Source: a virus
IMG/VR virus record: IMGVR_UViG_3300034682_000252
Coordinates: 27,017 to 91,016 of that record
Direction: 5' to 3' (one strand)
DNA length: 64,000 nt
Shown here: positions 26,979 to 35,512 of the stretch, piece by piece
Layout: every line of letters begins with the position of its first letter
Position numbering within the stretch: position 1 is the first letter of the stretch
Notes under the pieces: generated by a model
Databases searched by the model: none
The model's input: the letters and a program-made list of their open reading frames with translations, nothing else
Told to the model about the DNA's origin: nothing
Made by a program: the position numbers and the translations under genes

Positions 26979-28502
26979 TTAGTGTCCCTTCTGGGTTGCC
27001 TGGCGGGCAGCCTTGGCGGCCTTCTTCGACAGCAGGCGCAGGGCCTTTTCACTGTCTCGTTTCAGGGCAGCCTGGCTGTTCTTGATAGCCTGGCGGCGGG
27101 CCTGCAGGCGCTTAATGTCGGCTACCGCAGTTCGCAGCAGCGGCTCGACGCGGTAGGCCTCATCATTGGCATGATCGGACGCCTTTTGCAGCACCGCCTC
27201 GATGGCGGGCAGGTCGAGGGACTTGATGTAGTCGGCGATCTCGTCGCGCAAGGCCAGCGGGGGCGCCACCGCGTCCGTGATATTGATCCGCTTGCCATCG
27301 TGTTCCATGTGCAGGGCGGGAGTTATCAGTACCTGCCGGCCGCGCTCATCCCGCCTTTCTGACAGCGCGACCATGCAGCCGGCGCCGTCCCGGCCGGTCC
27401 ACCACATCAACGGCTTGGTGAGATCGATAGGGTCATCCCCGGCATCCATCAGGCATTCCGTGCTCAGGCTGAACACCGTCACATGCCCTTCGGGGCGCGA
27501 GTAGTCAGGAAGGTTGTTGCGGCCGTGGTAGGTGTGGATCAGCATGTTGGCGTAATGCAGACTCCGCTTTTGGTCCTTGATCAGTAGCGCCTGCTCTTTG
27601 ATGGTGACGGCGTACAGCTCCAGCTCCAGGGCGGCATGGTCCAGGTCGCGCCCACCCTGCTCGATGGCGTCGGACTGCTCGACCACCTGGGCGTTAAGGG
27701 CGGTCAGTTCGGCGGAGATCTGCCGGTTGTGCTCGCGCAGGCCATTTATCTCGACCCCCTGACTCCGCAAGCTGGCCAACTCCTCCAGGCTGATCATCAC
27801 CATGCCTTCCGGCACGGCAGCCGGCGAACCGGCCAGTTGATCCCGCACCCGCTGCTCAGCAGCAGCCACTGCATTGACCTTGGCCTTGTCAGCCAGGGCC
27901 AGGCTTTCATGCGCACGGCGCAAGTCGTTGCGTAGCTGCTCCTCGGACACCTCCAGGGCACCCAAACTCTTCTGGGCAATCGTCAGGTCGAGCTGGACCC
28001 GATGAAGCTCTTTTTTCAGCTCCTCGAGGCTATCGCAGGTGTGGCGATGGCGGGCCGTCAGATCGGCCAATTGCACACCACGCTCCGCCGACTTGGCCGC
28101 CACCTCTTCGGCAGCAGCAAGGCGGCCTTCCAGGGAGCGGCATTTGTCTTGTTCGGCCACCAGCAGCCCGCCCAGGTGCTCCAGGGTAAGGGCGTCCGCC
28201 TCAGACTCCCCATGGGCCAGTATCCTGGCTTCAAGTTCGGCCTTGGTGCGCTCCAGGCCCGATATGCGGGCCCGAGCTGCCACCATGTCACCGTTGAGCT
28301 GGATAGATCGCTCCCTCGCCCGCTCGGCTGCAGCCTCCGCCATATCGGCGCGAGCATTGGCCGCGGCCACATCACCCCGAAGGGAGATCATCATGGCCTC
28401 GGCCAGGCGGTCAGAATCCGCGTCTAGCTGCCCGTCGCTGCCCTCGCGAAAGATGGAAAGGGGGACGGAAACCATTTCTTCCGTTACTGCTTCTTGACTC
28501 AT
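26979..28502 (-). CDS. Long coiled-coil protein
   Basis: About 300 aa of heptad repeats plus a globular C-terminal part. Confidence 0.75.
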   Translation of the reverse strand: MSQEAVTEEMVSVPLSIFREGSDGQLDADSDRLAEAMMISLRGDVAAANARADMAEAAAERARERSIQLNGDMVAARARISGLERTKAELEARILAHGESEADALTLEHLGGLLVAEQDKCRSLEGRLAAAEEVAAKSAERGVQLADLTARHRHTCDSLEELKKELHRVQLDLTIAQKSLGALEVSEEQLRNDLRRAHESLALADKAKVNAVAAAEQRVRDQLAGSPAAVPEGMVMISLEELASLRSQGVEINGLREHNRQISAELTALNAQVVEQSDAIEQGGRDLDHAALELELYAVTIKEQALLIKDQKRSLHYANMLIHTYHGRNNLPDYSRPEGHVTVFSLSTECLMDAGDDPIDLTKPLMWWTGRDGAGCMVALSERRDERGRQVLITPALHMEHDGKRINITDAVAPPLALRDEIADYIKSLDLPAIEAVLQKASDHANDEAYRVEPLLRTAVADIKRLQARRQAIKNSQAALKRDSEKALRLLSKKAAKAARQATQKGH

Positions 28503-28576
28503 GGGGGTTCCAAAACACATTTAAGGCGGTTTCAATTAACGCTTAGGATGTTACCAAAACCGACGCGCCAAAAAAA

Positions 28577-28708
28577 CTATTTAGTTAGCCAATCGGCAAC
28601 TAATAGCAAAAAAAGAGGGGTCACAGTGGGGAGGACCAGCCAGCCTACAACCAGGCGACGCTGGCCCCGGGGGAGCTCAGGGCAATCCTCATCGCCCCAG
28701 TCGCTCAC
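28577..28708 (-). CDS. 43-aa single-pass membrane peptide (not in ORF track)
   Basis: GTG 28708 overlapping upstream stop; MSDWGDEDCPELPRGQRRLVVGWLVLPTVTPLFLLLVADWLTK. Confidence 0.45.
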   Translation of the reverse strand: MSDWGDEDCPELPRGQRRLVVGWLVLPTVTPLFLLLVADWLTK

Positions 28709-28926
28709 GAACGCCTCCGCAACCGATTCAGCCCAGCCTTGAACATCCCCAACAGCCCGCCGCCATGGCGGGCATCGACACCCTCCAGACCCTCCGACAA
28801 GGCCGCCGCCAGGCGCTCATGCCTTGCTTGCTCGGCCTCGCGCTCCGCCTGGTCAGCCGCCTCGGTCGCCTGCTTCATCAGGGCCCACTGCACGGCGCTA
28901 GACACCGCTGTCTGTCTATGTCTCAT
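28705..28926 (-). CDS. Hypothetical protein
   Basis: ATGA-coupled. Confidence 0.55.
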   Translation of the reverse strand: MRHRQTAVSSAVQWALMKQATEAADQAEREAEQARHERLAAALSEGLEGVDARHGGGLLGMFKAGLNRLRRRS

Positions 28927-29216
28927 CGTCTCTTCCTCCTCTTGGCTTTCAGCCGCTTGTTGATCCGTTCAAATACCGCATTCCAGCCAAGACAGATCGC
29001 CTCATCCTGCACTGACCAGCACCCCCGCTCGGCGGTCTTGCTGGTCCTTCTCCCGTGCCGCTCCGCTCGCTTCTTTGCAATGCCTGACGGGGTTCGCAGG
29101 GGCAGGAGCAAGGCCAACTGCTCCGCTGACAGATCCAGGTTCTCATCAACGATCAGGAGCTCTTGCGAGCTCCATGATTTTCCTCTCCTCTGCTTCGCCT
29201 TTTGCGACCCGTTCAT
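28923..29216 (-). CDS. Small Myb/SANT-like DNA-binding protein
   Basis: WSSQEL...LALLLPLRTPSGI; second WSVQDE. Confidence 0.5.
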   Translation of the reverse strand: MNGSQKAKQRRGKSWSSQELLIVDENLDLSAEQLALLLPLRTPSGIAKKRAERHGRRTSKTAERGCWSVQDEAICLGWNAVFERINKRLKAKRRKRR

Positions 29217-29243
29217 CTTGGCGGCTCCCTCTGCGACGTGGGA

Positions 29244-29525
29244 TTACTCGGCGACCGGCACCAAGCCGCTGGCATTGGCCTCGGCGGCCGGATTGAGCAG
29301 CCAGGAAACGTGTTGGGCGAACTGGCCGGCGTTGATATTGATCAGCAGCTCCAGGGAGGCGGTCCGATAACCCAACTCATAGTTCTTGAGGGTTGTTTGG
29401 GGGATACCCAGCAAATCGGCAAACTTGGGGCGGCTCAGGCCGTAATGCTCACGCATCAGGCGCAGCTTTTTACGGAACAGCTCCAGGGCGGCGGTCATTT
29501 CTGGGGTCACGGTTACTTTACTCAT
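29244..29525 (-). CDS. XRE-family HTH regulator
   Basis: LRLMRE..GLSRPKFADLLGIPQTTLKNYELGYR. Confidence 0.85.
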   Translation of the reverse strand: MSKVTVTPEMTAALELFRKKLRLMREHYGLSRPKFADLLGIPQTTLKNYELGYRTASLELLININAGQFAQHVSWLLNPAAEANASGLVPVAE

Positions 29526-29971
29526 TGGGCACCTTCTCTATGGGTTGTGGTGAGATCGGCAATGCGCCGGTTCACGCGGTCTATCAGTTCTTCCATGGCT
29601 GCAAGGGCAGCATCCACGGCCACCCCTTCCGGCTTGTCCAGGTAGAGGGGCAGCACGGCGGGGGAACGCGGGGTGACAACTTCACGCAGCAATGGGATTT
29701 GGGATAACTCAGGGAACACCCCGGCCGCGCCGGGGATCAGGATCTGGGGGGTCGATAACCCCTGATAACGAAAGCCGATCGTCCGCCCGTGATTGAGGTA
29801 AGCCCTCATGGGTTCGGGCAAGTAGTCGAGTCCTGGCGGTACCGCCTGCTCGACATATCGAGTAGCAGCCGCGGATAACCCGGCCATCACCTGGCCATGC
29901 TCAATGGCGAACTCATCCCTCACCGCCTCCAGCACACTGGAAACGTGTTGGGTGTTGGCAATCATGGTCAT
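29522..29971 (-). CDS. Hypothetical protein
   Basis: ATGA-coupled. Confidence 0.6.
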   Translation of the reverse strand: MTMIANTQHVSSVLEAVRDEFAIEHGQVMAGLSAAATRYVEQAVPPGLDYLPEPMRAYLNHGRTIGFRYQGLSTPQILIPGAAGVFPELSQIPLLREVVTPRSPAVLPLYLDKPEGVAVDAALAAMEELIDRVNRRIADLTTTHREGAQ

Positions 29972-30705
29972 GCGGCTTCCTTGTGGACGATCTGCATCGT
30001 GGTTGGGTCGATGTGGTAATCGGTTCGGTCTACCTGGTCCCCCAGGGCAGACCAGCCCGGGCGATTGCGGCGGGTGAACATGTCCAGGCGCTGAATGTCG
30101 TCGCCGTAGAGCCGTGACAGACGCTGATACACCTCGTCAGGCTTCACGCTATGCTCCTGCACCAACTCTTCCAGAATCTGGTGTACGCCCTTGTCCAGGC
30201 GCTGCAGCACCCTCCCCTTGCCACGCACACCCACGATCACCAGCTCGGCATTCGAACGGGTGTAATGGCCCTGCCCCCAGTTCCAAAAATCGGCGGACAC
30301 CTTCTTGATCAGCTCAGGGGTGATCATGCTCAGCATCTGCCCGGTCGTTACCGGTGCCCTCATGGCCTTTTGCGGGGTCACCCCCAGTTGGGTGGCGATT
30401 TGGTACTTGAGCGACCGGCGCAGGCGAAAGGCCACGTTCTCCCAGTGCTTGGGGGTGCGCTTCACCCACACAAAGCCGAGAGTCCGGTAATTGAATCCCC
30501 AGGCCTTCATCAGCTCCAGGGCTTCGGGCAGCAGGGGGCCGGTGGCCCACATCCACAGGACAGACGTCGGCGCGGCCAGTTCGGCCACGTTCATGGCCTT
30601 CATCTGCTCCATAGACATGGTTTCATAATGGCGCTCGGCCCCGCCGCGGTTGCGGCTCTTGTCCTCGTAGCGCCAAGGCGGGTCGGCATGGATTAGTTGG
30701 AACAT
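29968..30705 (-). CDS. MT-A70-family N6-adenine DNA methyltransferase
   Basis: ADPPW, LWMWAT, AWGFNY, FVWVK, GHYTRSNAE, HSVKP, LDMFTR. Confidence 0.9.
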   Translation of the reverse strand: MFQLIHADPPWRYEDKSRNRGGAERHYETMSMEQMKAMNVAELAAPTSVLWMWATGPLLPEALELMKAWGFNYRTLGFVWVKRTPKHWENVAFRLRRSLKYQIATQLGVTPQKAMRAPVTTGQMLSMITPELIKKVSADFWNWGQGHYTRSNAELVIVGVRGKGRVLQRLDKGVHQILEELVQEHSVKPDEVYQRLSRLYGDDIQRLDMFTRRNRPGWSALGDQVDRTDYHIDPTTMQIVHKEAA

Positions 30706-31127
30706 CAGTCAAACCTCGAATGGTGTTTTTCGACCCACGCCTCTTCCTGGCGGCGCTTGATCTCTTCTTCGCCTATCAGCTCCCGCAGCACTTTCGTCTC
30801 GCGCTGGTGGGCCTGGAATTGCTGGCGCAGTTTTCGACCCCCAGCTAGGAGGTGTTTGATCACTGCCACGGGGTCGGATAGGTCATAACCGGTTTCTTCA
30901 CACACTCCGCACCCGTACTTGCTGAACAGACCGCCCACCATGCCGGTGCCTTCACAGAACGAGCACTTTGCGGGCGCTCCATCCGGGCGAGGCTCCGAGG
31001 TCATTGACGTGTCAATCTCGGCAGTCTGAATTGCCGGGGCGGCAGCCTCTCGAGCCAAGCGGTTGGCTTCGGCCTGGCGGCGTTTGAAGGCGGCCAGTTC
31101 GGCGGCCAGGGAAGGATCGCGATTCAT
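30705..31127 (-). CDS. Zn-finger (CxxCxGxG) protein
   Basis: CSFCEGTG..CGVCEETG. Confidence 0.6.
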   Translation of the reverse strand: MNRDPSLAAELAAFKRRQAEANRLAREAAAPAIQTAEIDTSMTSEPRPDGAPAKCSFCEGTGMVGGLFSKYGCGVCEETGYDLSDPVAVIKHLLAGGRKLRQQFQAHQRETKVLRELIGEEEIKRRQEEAWVEKHHSRFD

Positions 31128-31399
31128 TTCTCAGATGGTTCTGTCGATTTTGCGCGGCGCTTGGCGCGGCGTTGTTCATTGGCGGTTTGGGCCTTGGCCT
31201 CTTTGGCGTCACGCATATCGCGGAGCTCGCGCAGCATGTTTATCCGGTCCTCAATCCACTGGGGGACGCTGTTGCGGCGGTAATACCCTCGGAGTGAATG
31301 ATGCCCCTTGAGCCCCAGCATCTTGGCGAACTCGCTTTTACTGCCGAACGCGCCACCCACCAGCTCAATTCGCGCCGAGTCCAATTCATCCAACGTCAT
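31124..31399 (-). CDS. HTH DNA-binding protein, first gene of long leftward operon
   Basis: GSKSEFAKMLGLK..SLRGY..VPQWI. Confidence 0.65.
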   Translation of the reverse strand: MTLDELDSARIELVGGAFGSKSEFAKMLGLKGHHSLRGYYRRNSVPQWIEDRINMLRELRDMRDAKEAKAQTANEQRRAKRRAKSTEPSEK

Positions 31400-31511
31400 C
31401 CGAACAAGTCCTTTCAGGCAAACCAATGGCGGGTACGATACAGGCTCAAGGGGGTTCCATGCAAACATCCTAAGCTATTTTTGTGAGCCTATTTACCCTG
31501 TAGTTTCGATT

Positions 31512-31545
31512 GGAAATATTTTCCCACTCATTGGAAATATTTTCC
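31512..31545. promoter_or_regulatory. Tandem GGAAATATTTTCC operator-like pair
   Basis: Two perfect copies 21 bp apart; related pairs at 267/298, 19450/19470, 44539/44561. Confidence 0.65.
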
Positions 31546-31667
31546 TGTTTAGGGGGTGACTTGTTCATAAATTGCGCCTACTCTTGGGCTACTGGTTTCA
31601 GACAAGACCAGCAGGAAGCCCCCAACTGGGTGGCAAAATCTCGAATCAAGAAGCGGATTTAAGAGAT

Positions 31668-31838
31668 ATGAGCAACAAAAAACAGAGCATTATCAGCGTG
31701 TTGAGTGGAATAGACTCTTTCGACAAGCTCAAAGAGTTTGAGGGAATGGTGATGGGCATGAGCATTAACTCCGATCTTCGCAATCGGCTGCTCAGACAGG
31801 CCACAGAAAACTTCTGCAAGGCCTGCCCAATGAGTTGA
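31668..31838 (+). CDS. Small hypothetical protein
   Basis: 56 aa, followed by terminator 31856-31875. Confidence 0.5.
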   Translation: MSNKKQSIISVLSGIDSFDKLKEFEGMVMGMSINSDLRNRLLRQATENFCKACPMS

Positions 31839-31929
31839 TTCCTACATCCTAACAAGGGGCCGAAAGGCCCTTTTTCATGTCTGGCCGGCCGGGTTCCCGG
31901 CGCTCAGGGAGAGGAGCCAGGCGAGCAAG

Positions 31930-32192
31930 TTATCCACAGAAAACGGCCTAGCTAAAACCAATAAGATCCCTCTTTAAGATCCCTTCTTTAAAGATCCCAA
32001 AGATCCCCAGCACTCCAGAAAGCGCACAAACCCCAGGCCTGGCGCGGCCTAGCGGAGCGCCCCCATGACCTCGCGATGTAGTCAAAATTGGAGGTTGATG
32101 TGGTCAAAATTGGAGGAATAGCCCGCCTCGATGTAGTTGAAATTGGAATGGCATGTAGGCAAGATTGGAAGTCGATGTAGTTGGGATTGGAA
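31930..32192. other. Plasmid replication origin (P1 oriR type)
   Basis: DnaA box TTATCCACA 31930; four AAGATCCC repeats 31962-32007; GC spacer; five 19-bp iterons. Confidence 0.88.
32075..32192 (+). repeat. Five RepA iterons, consensus GATGT(A/G)GTCAAAATTGGA(A/G)
   Basis: Starts at 32075, 32097, 32130, 32152, 32174 (22/33-bp phasing). Confidence 0.88.
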
Positions 32193-32226
32193 GCCAACAA
32201 CAGGTTTCAGCAACCACAAAAATCAA

Positions 32227-33105
32227 ATGGAAAGCGATAAATTGAAAGAAAAAACAAAAGGTTGCGATAGCGTTGTGGAGGCTGGATCAGCCCTGACAGA
32301 CGTGCGTCATTCCTCGTTATCCACAGTTCACCCCAACATCATTCTGCGCACTCCCATCTTCACCCCATCAGCCCGCAACCCCCACCCCGCAACTGGCTTA
32401 GGGCGCACTGCTGATGTATCGGAGGAAATGCAGAAACTGACCTTTGCCAGGTCAGAGGGGTATGACAAGGTGATGATCTCCGGGTACCGCCTCGACATAG
32501 AAACGGATTTCCGGGTCTGGTGCGGCATCACCCAGGCTTTCGAGAGTGCCGGCTTTTGCAGTGAAGGCGTGGTTTTCGACTTCAAGGAGTTCGCATCACT
32601 TTGCGGATACCCGAGCAAGCACCTCACAACCGTTCTGCGAGAGCGGATCGACCGGTCGCTTACCCGCATCATGAGCCAAGTCATTTCCTTCTCGCGGGCC
32701 GGGAAAGGGTGGGTAAAGACGCACCTGATCCACCGGGCCGAGTACAACTTGGACACCGATGAGATACGACTAATTCCCGACGCCAGCCTATGGGATCTCT
32801 ACCGAATCGATCACAACATCCTGCTCTATATCGAGCACCAAGCTCCACTCAAGGGGAAGCCTGTCGCACTCTGCCTGCAAATGTACCTAGCTGCCCTCCC
32901 CGCCAACCCCGTCCCGATCTCCATGACCAGGCTTCGGGAGCGCGTTGCCCTGAAAACAAGCAAGGTGGCAGAGGCGAACCGGAGCATTACCAATGCCCTG
33001 GCAGAGCTCAAGAAGATCGGGTACCTGGACTACGAGATCGTGACCAAAAACCGCGAGCGATACGTGCTGATACATGAGAGACATAAGCAATTGAAATCAA
33101 AGTAA
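32227..33105 (+). CDS. repA: Plasmid replication initiator RepA (P1/IncFIB type)
   Basis: ARSEGYDKVMISGYRLDIETDFRVWCGI resembles recalled P1 RepA; iterons directly upstream. Confidence 0.9.
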   Translation: MESDKLKEKTKGCDSVVEAGSALTDVRHSSLSTVHPNIILRTPIFTPSARNPHPATGLGRTADVSEEMQKLTFARSEGYDKVMISGYRLDIETDFRVWCGITQAFESAGFCSEGVVFDFKEFASLCGYPSKHLTTVLRERIDRSLTRIMSQVISFSRAGKGWVKTHLIHRAEYNLDTDEIRLIPDASLWDLYRIDHNILLYIEHQAPLKGKPVALCLQMYLAALPANPVPISMTRLRERVALKTSKVAEANRSITNALAELKKIGYLDYEIVTKNRERYVLIHERHKQLKSK

Positions 33106-33238
33106 AAAGCCTTTCAGGATGTGGCCCTAATTGGTAATTCTGTGAGCTATTGGGTGGCGACAAAAACCACCCAACAAGGGGGCCGGAATCAGGCTGGAAA
33201 CAGAGGTGACAGCGAGGGCCTGATCATGAATTTCAGGC

Positions 33239-33265
33239 AAAAGAAAGCCCACCGCGAGGGTGGGC
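33239..33265 (-). terminator. Terminator for a leftward transcript
   Basis: On - strand GCCCACC-ctcgc-GGTGGGC-TTTCTTTT. Confidence 0.6.
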
Positions 33266-33554
33266 CAAGAGTTCTTTGATCATTTCGGCAGATGATCATT
33301 GATCAGGAGCCTAATGATCCTTTAGGCTATCGGTGTGTTCCAGGGAGTACCACCTCCCCGGGCACCAAATAACCGGTCAGCGCACCTCTTACAAAGGCTG
33401 CCGACTGCCAAGCTATTATCGCATTCACCTGGCACATGCTAGGGGCTGGATTAAGTCCGCCTGCACGGTTGCACCATCGCGCAACTGTGATAAGTGTACC
33501 CGACCATGATCCCCCCCTCAAGTGTTTGGTGAATCCAATGTACGGATTTTGCCC

Positions 33555-34178
33555 ATGACATTAACAAACTCCACCAGCGCAATCGCCCATAGCGATCAGA
33601 TCGTCGCCGTTCTCGCCAAGATGCCGATCAGCACCTTTGGCTCCCCCGCCGTCCAGCGCGTCGCCATCCAGATAGCCGCCAGCCTGAACAAGGCGCAAGG
33701 GTGGGCCTTCTCCCTGCCGATAAAGTATTTTGCCAAGAAAGCCGAGTGCACCCCTCGCACGGTTCAACGTGCCTTGCAGTCACTGACTAAGCTCCAGTTC
33801 TTCGAGGTGGAGTACCGCAAGGACCCCCATGATGCAAAGTTCAATCTCTCATCGGTATACCGGCTCGGATCAGCCCTGCGCTCAATTTGCGAGCGACTTG
33901 TCACCAGGGGGCGATCAGGAGATCGTGGTTCTTTAAAACCAAACAAAGACAGACCTACAAGAAAGATCCCCGCTCCCGCAAATTCAGTTTCGCAGAAGCC
34001 CACCAGGAAGCCCTACGGGCCCAGCAAGCCGAGTAAGGCCGTTGGCCCTACCGCAACAGTCCGCACACCCGAAGAGTGGGAAGCAAGGCGCCTGGAGGGC
34101 ATAGCGCTGGCCCAGGAGTCACACAAGAGGGCTATGGCCAAGATGGCGGCCATGATGGGTGGTGCCCTCCCCGCTTGA
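33555..34178 (+). CDS. RepL-like lytic replication protein (N-terminal wHTH)
   Basis: FAKKAECTPRTVQRALQSL..FFEVEYR...SVYRL resembles recalled P1 RepL N-terminus. Confidence 0.6.
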   Translation: MTLTNSTSAIAHSDQIVAVLAKMPISTFGSPAVQRVAIQIAASLNKAQGWAFSLPIKYFAKKAECTPRTVQRALQSLTKLQFFEVEYRKDPHDAKFNLSSVYRLGSALRSICERLVTRGRSGDRGSLKPNKDRPTRKIPAPANSVSQKPTRKPYGPSKPSKAVGPTATVRTPEEWEARRLEGIALAQESHKRAMAKMAAMMGGALPA

Positions 34179-34232
34179 CTGGTGATGAAGGCTGTTTAAT
34201 CATGCGTGGCATGATTAAGAGGTGAGGCACCC

Positions 34233-34514
34233 ATGAGACTATCGGCGATTCAAAAAGACGTGCTATTCGTGCTGTTCGCTATCAGGACCAAGGGGAAGGC
34301 TGGGCCGGTTCCCAGCATGACCCTGTTGGGGATGATCAACCGGGGGAGGTCCACAGAGGTGTTCCCGAGCAACTTCCGTACATCGTGCCACACCCTGGTT
34401 GATAACGGCTTGCTGGGCAAGTATCGAGACGAACAGTTAAACCTGGGCTTCTCTCTGACGGAGGCAGGCGCGGAACTGGGCGGCCAGATATACCAGGCCC
34501 GGATGGAAGGTTGA
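34233..34514 (+). CDS. Small wHTH plasmid protein
   Basis: SNFRTSCHTLVDNGLL...LTEAG. Confidence 0.7.
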   Translation: MRLSAIQKDVLFVLFAIRTKGKAGPVPSMTLLGMINRGRSTEVFPSNFRTSCHTLVDNGLLGKYRDEQLNLGFSLTEAGAELGGQIYQARMEG

Positions 34515-34546
34515 GGGCCACCACATGGCGGCCCTCAGTTGGCGAC

Positions 34547-35512
34547 TCAGCGCAAGCGGAGCTCGTGACCGAAGTCGATAGCACCAGGCACGACTGGCGG
34601 CCGGCCATGTTGCGGCACGGATACCGGGTCGCGCTTGCCAAGCGGCAGGCTGCCGAGATCAGAGCGTGACAGGCTATCAAGGAACTGACGCAAGATCTTG
34701 GCATCGTCCGGGGTCGCCATGGTGGCAATGGCCCGACGCTGGTCCTTGGTCAGCATGACCGGGTACGCCTCCAGGGCATCCATCATGACCTGTTCGCGCT
34801 GCAGAGCGGCCGCCTTTGCCTCCTCCCGGGAGGCCTCCAGATCCTGGGCCAGCTTGGCCGAGTGCTGGCGCTGCTCAGACAGCATCCCATCGAGCATCAT
34901 CACATCGTAGAGGCTGGCCTCCTCAATGCGGCGAGCGGCGGATACCTGCACCCAGCTATCCAGCATCGCCACATAGGCGTCACGGTCCATGCCAAGCTCA
35001 GCGATCATCGCCTCCCCTGCTGAATCCAGCATCGCGCCCTGGCGGGCCAGCGGCACAAAGTTGGGCTGGGCTACGTAGTCGAACCCGTACATCACCTGGG
35101 GATGGTCCCCGGTGTAGTTGCTGGGGCCGGTTACCGCCCAGGACCAGCCACCAGCATTCGAGTCGAGCATGGAGCACACGATAGCCCCGGACGGGGTATC
35201 CAGGATCTCCTGGGTGTGGTGCAACGTGCCGTCGTCGTCCAGGCTGATGGCCACCAGCCGGTTGCTGGGGACGTTCTGCATGATGACCGGCTTCCCGTCG
35301 AGCATCACCACCTCCTGCTCGGCCGGCTTCATCTTGCCGGATAGCGAGCGGGCCGTGTGGCCGAAGTAGCCGAACAGCTCGCCCAGGCGCAGGCCTTCTT
35401 GGGTGGCTGCTGAATCCAGCATCTTCTTGACGGAATGGTGAACATAGCGGCGCCCGTTGTGGCCGGAGCGGCCTTCCTTGTGGATGTTGATCGAGGTCTC
35501 TACGCGCCTCAT
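34547..35512 (-). CDS. pro: Prohead processing protease
   Basis: NGRRY..TQEGLRLGELFGYFGH..HTQEIL..GGWSWA matches recalled P1 Pro. Confidence 0.88.
   Translation of the reverse strand: MRRVETSINIHKEGRSGHNGRRYVHHSVKKMLDSAATQEGLRLGELFGYFGHTARSLSGKMKPAEQEVVMLDGKPVIMQNVPSNRLVAISLDDDGTLHHTQEILDTPSGAIVCSMLDSNAGGWSWAVTGPSNYTGDHPQVMYGFDYVAQPNFVPLARQGAMLDSAGEAMIAELGMDRDAYVAMLDSWVQVSAARRIEEASLYDVMMLDGMLSEQRQHSAKLAQDLEASREEAKAAALQREQVMMDALEAYPVMLTKDQRRAIATMATPDDAKILRQFLDSLSRSDLGSLPLGKRDPVSVPQHGRPPVVPGAIDFGHELRLR

Noticed and set aside
31668-31838. Hha/YmoA-like or capsid-tag-like protein
   Set aside because: Only a weak helical-pattern resemblance.
32075-32192. Regularly spaced repeats as a CRISPR array
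   Set aside because: 19-bp degenerate repeats with 3-14 bp gaps, beside a DnaA box and repA; these are iterons, and no cas genes are present.
33113-33122. TTCAGGATGT as another operator copy
   Set aside because: Better explained as the start of a degenerate RepA iteron.
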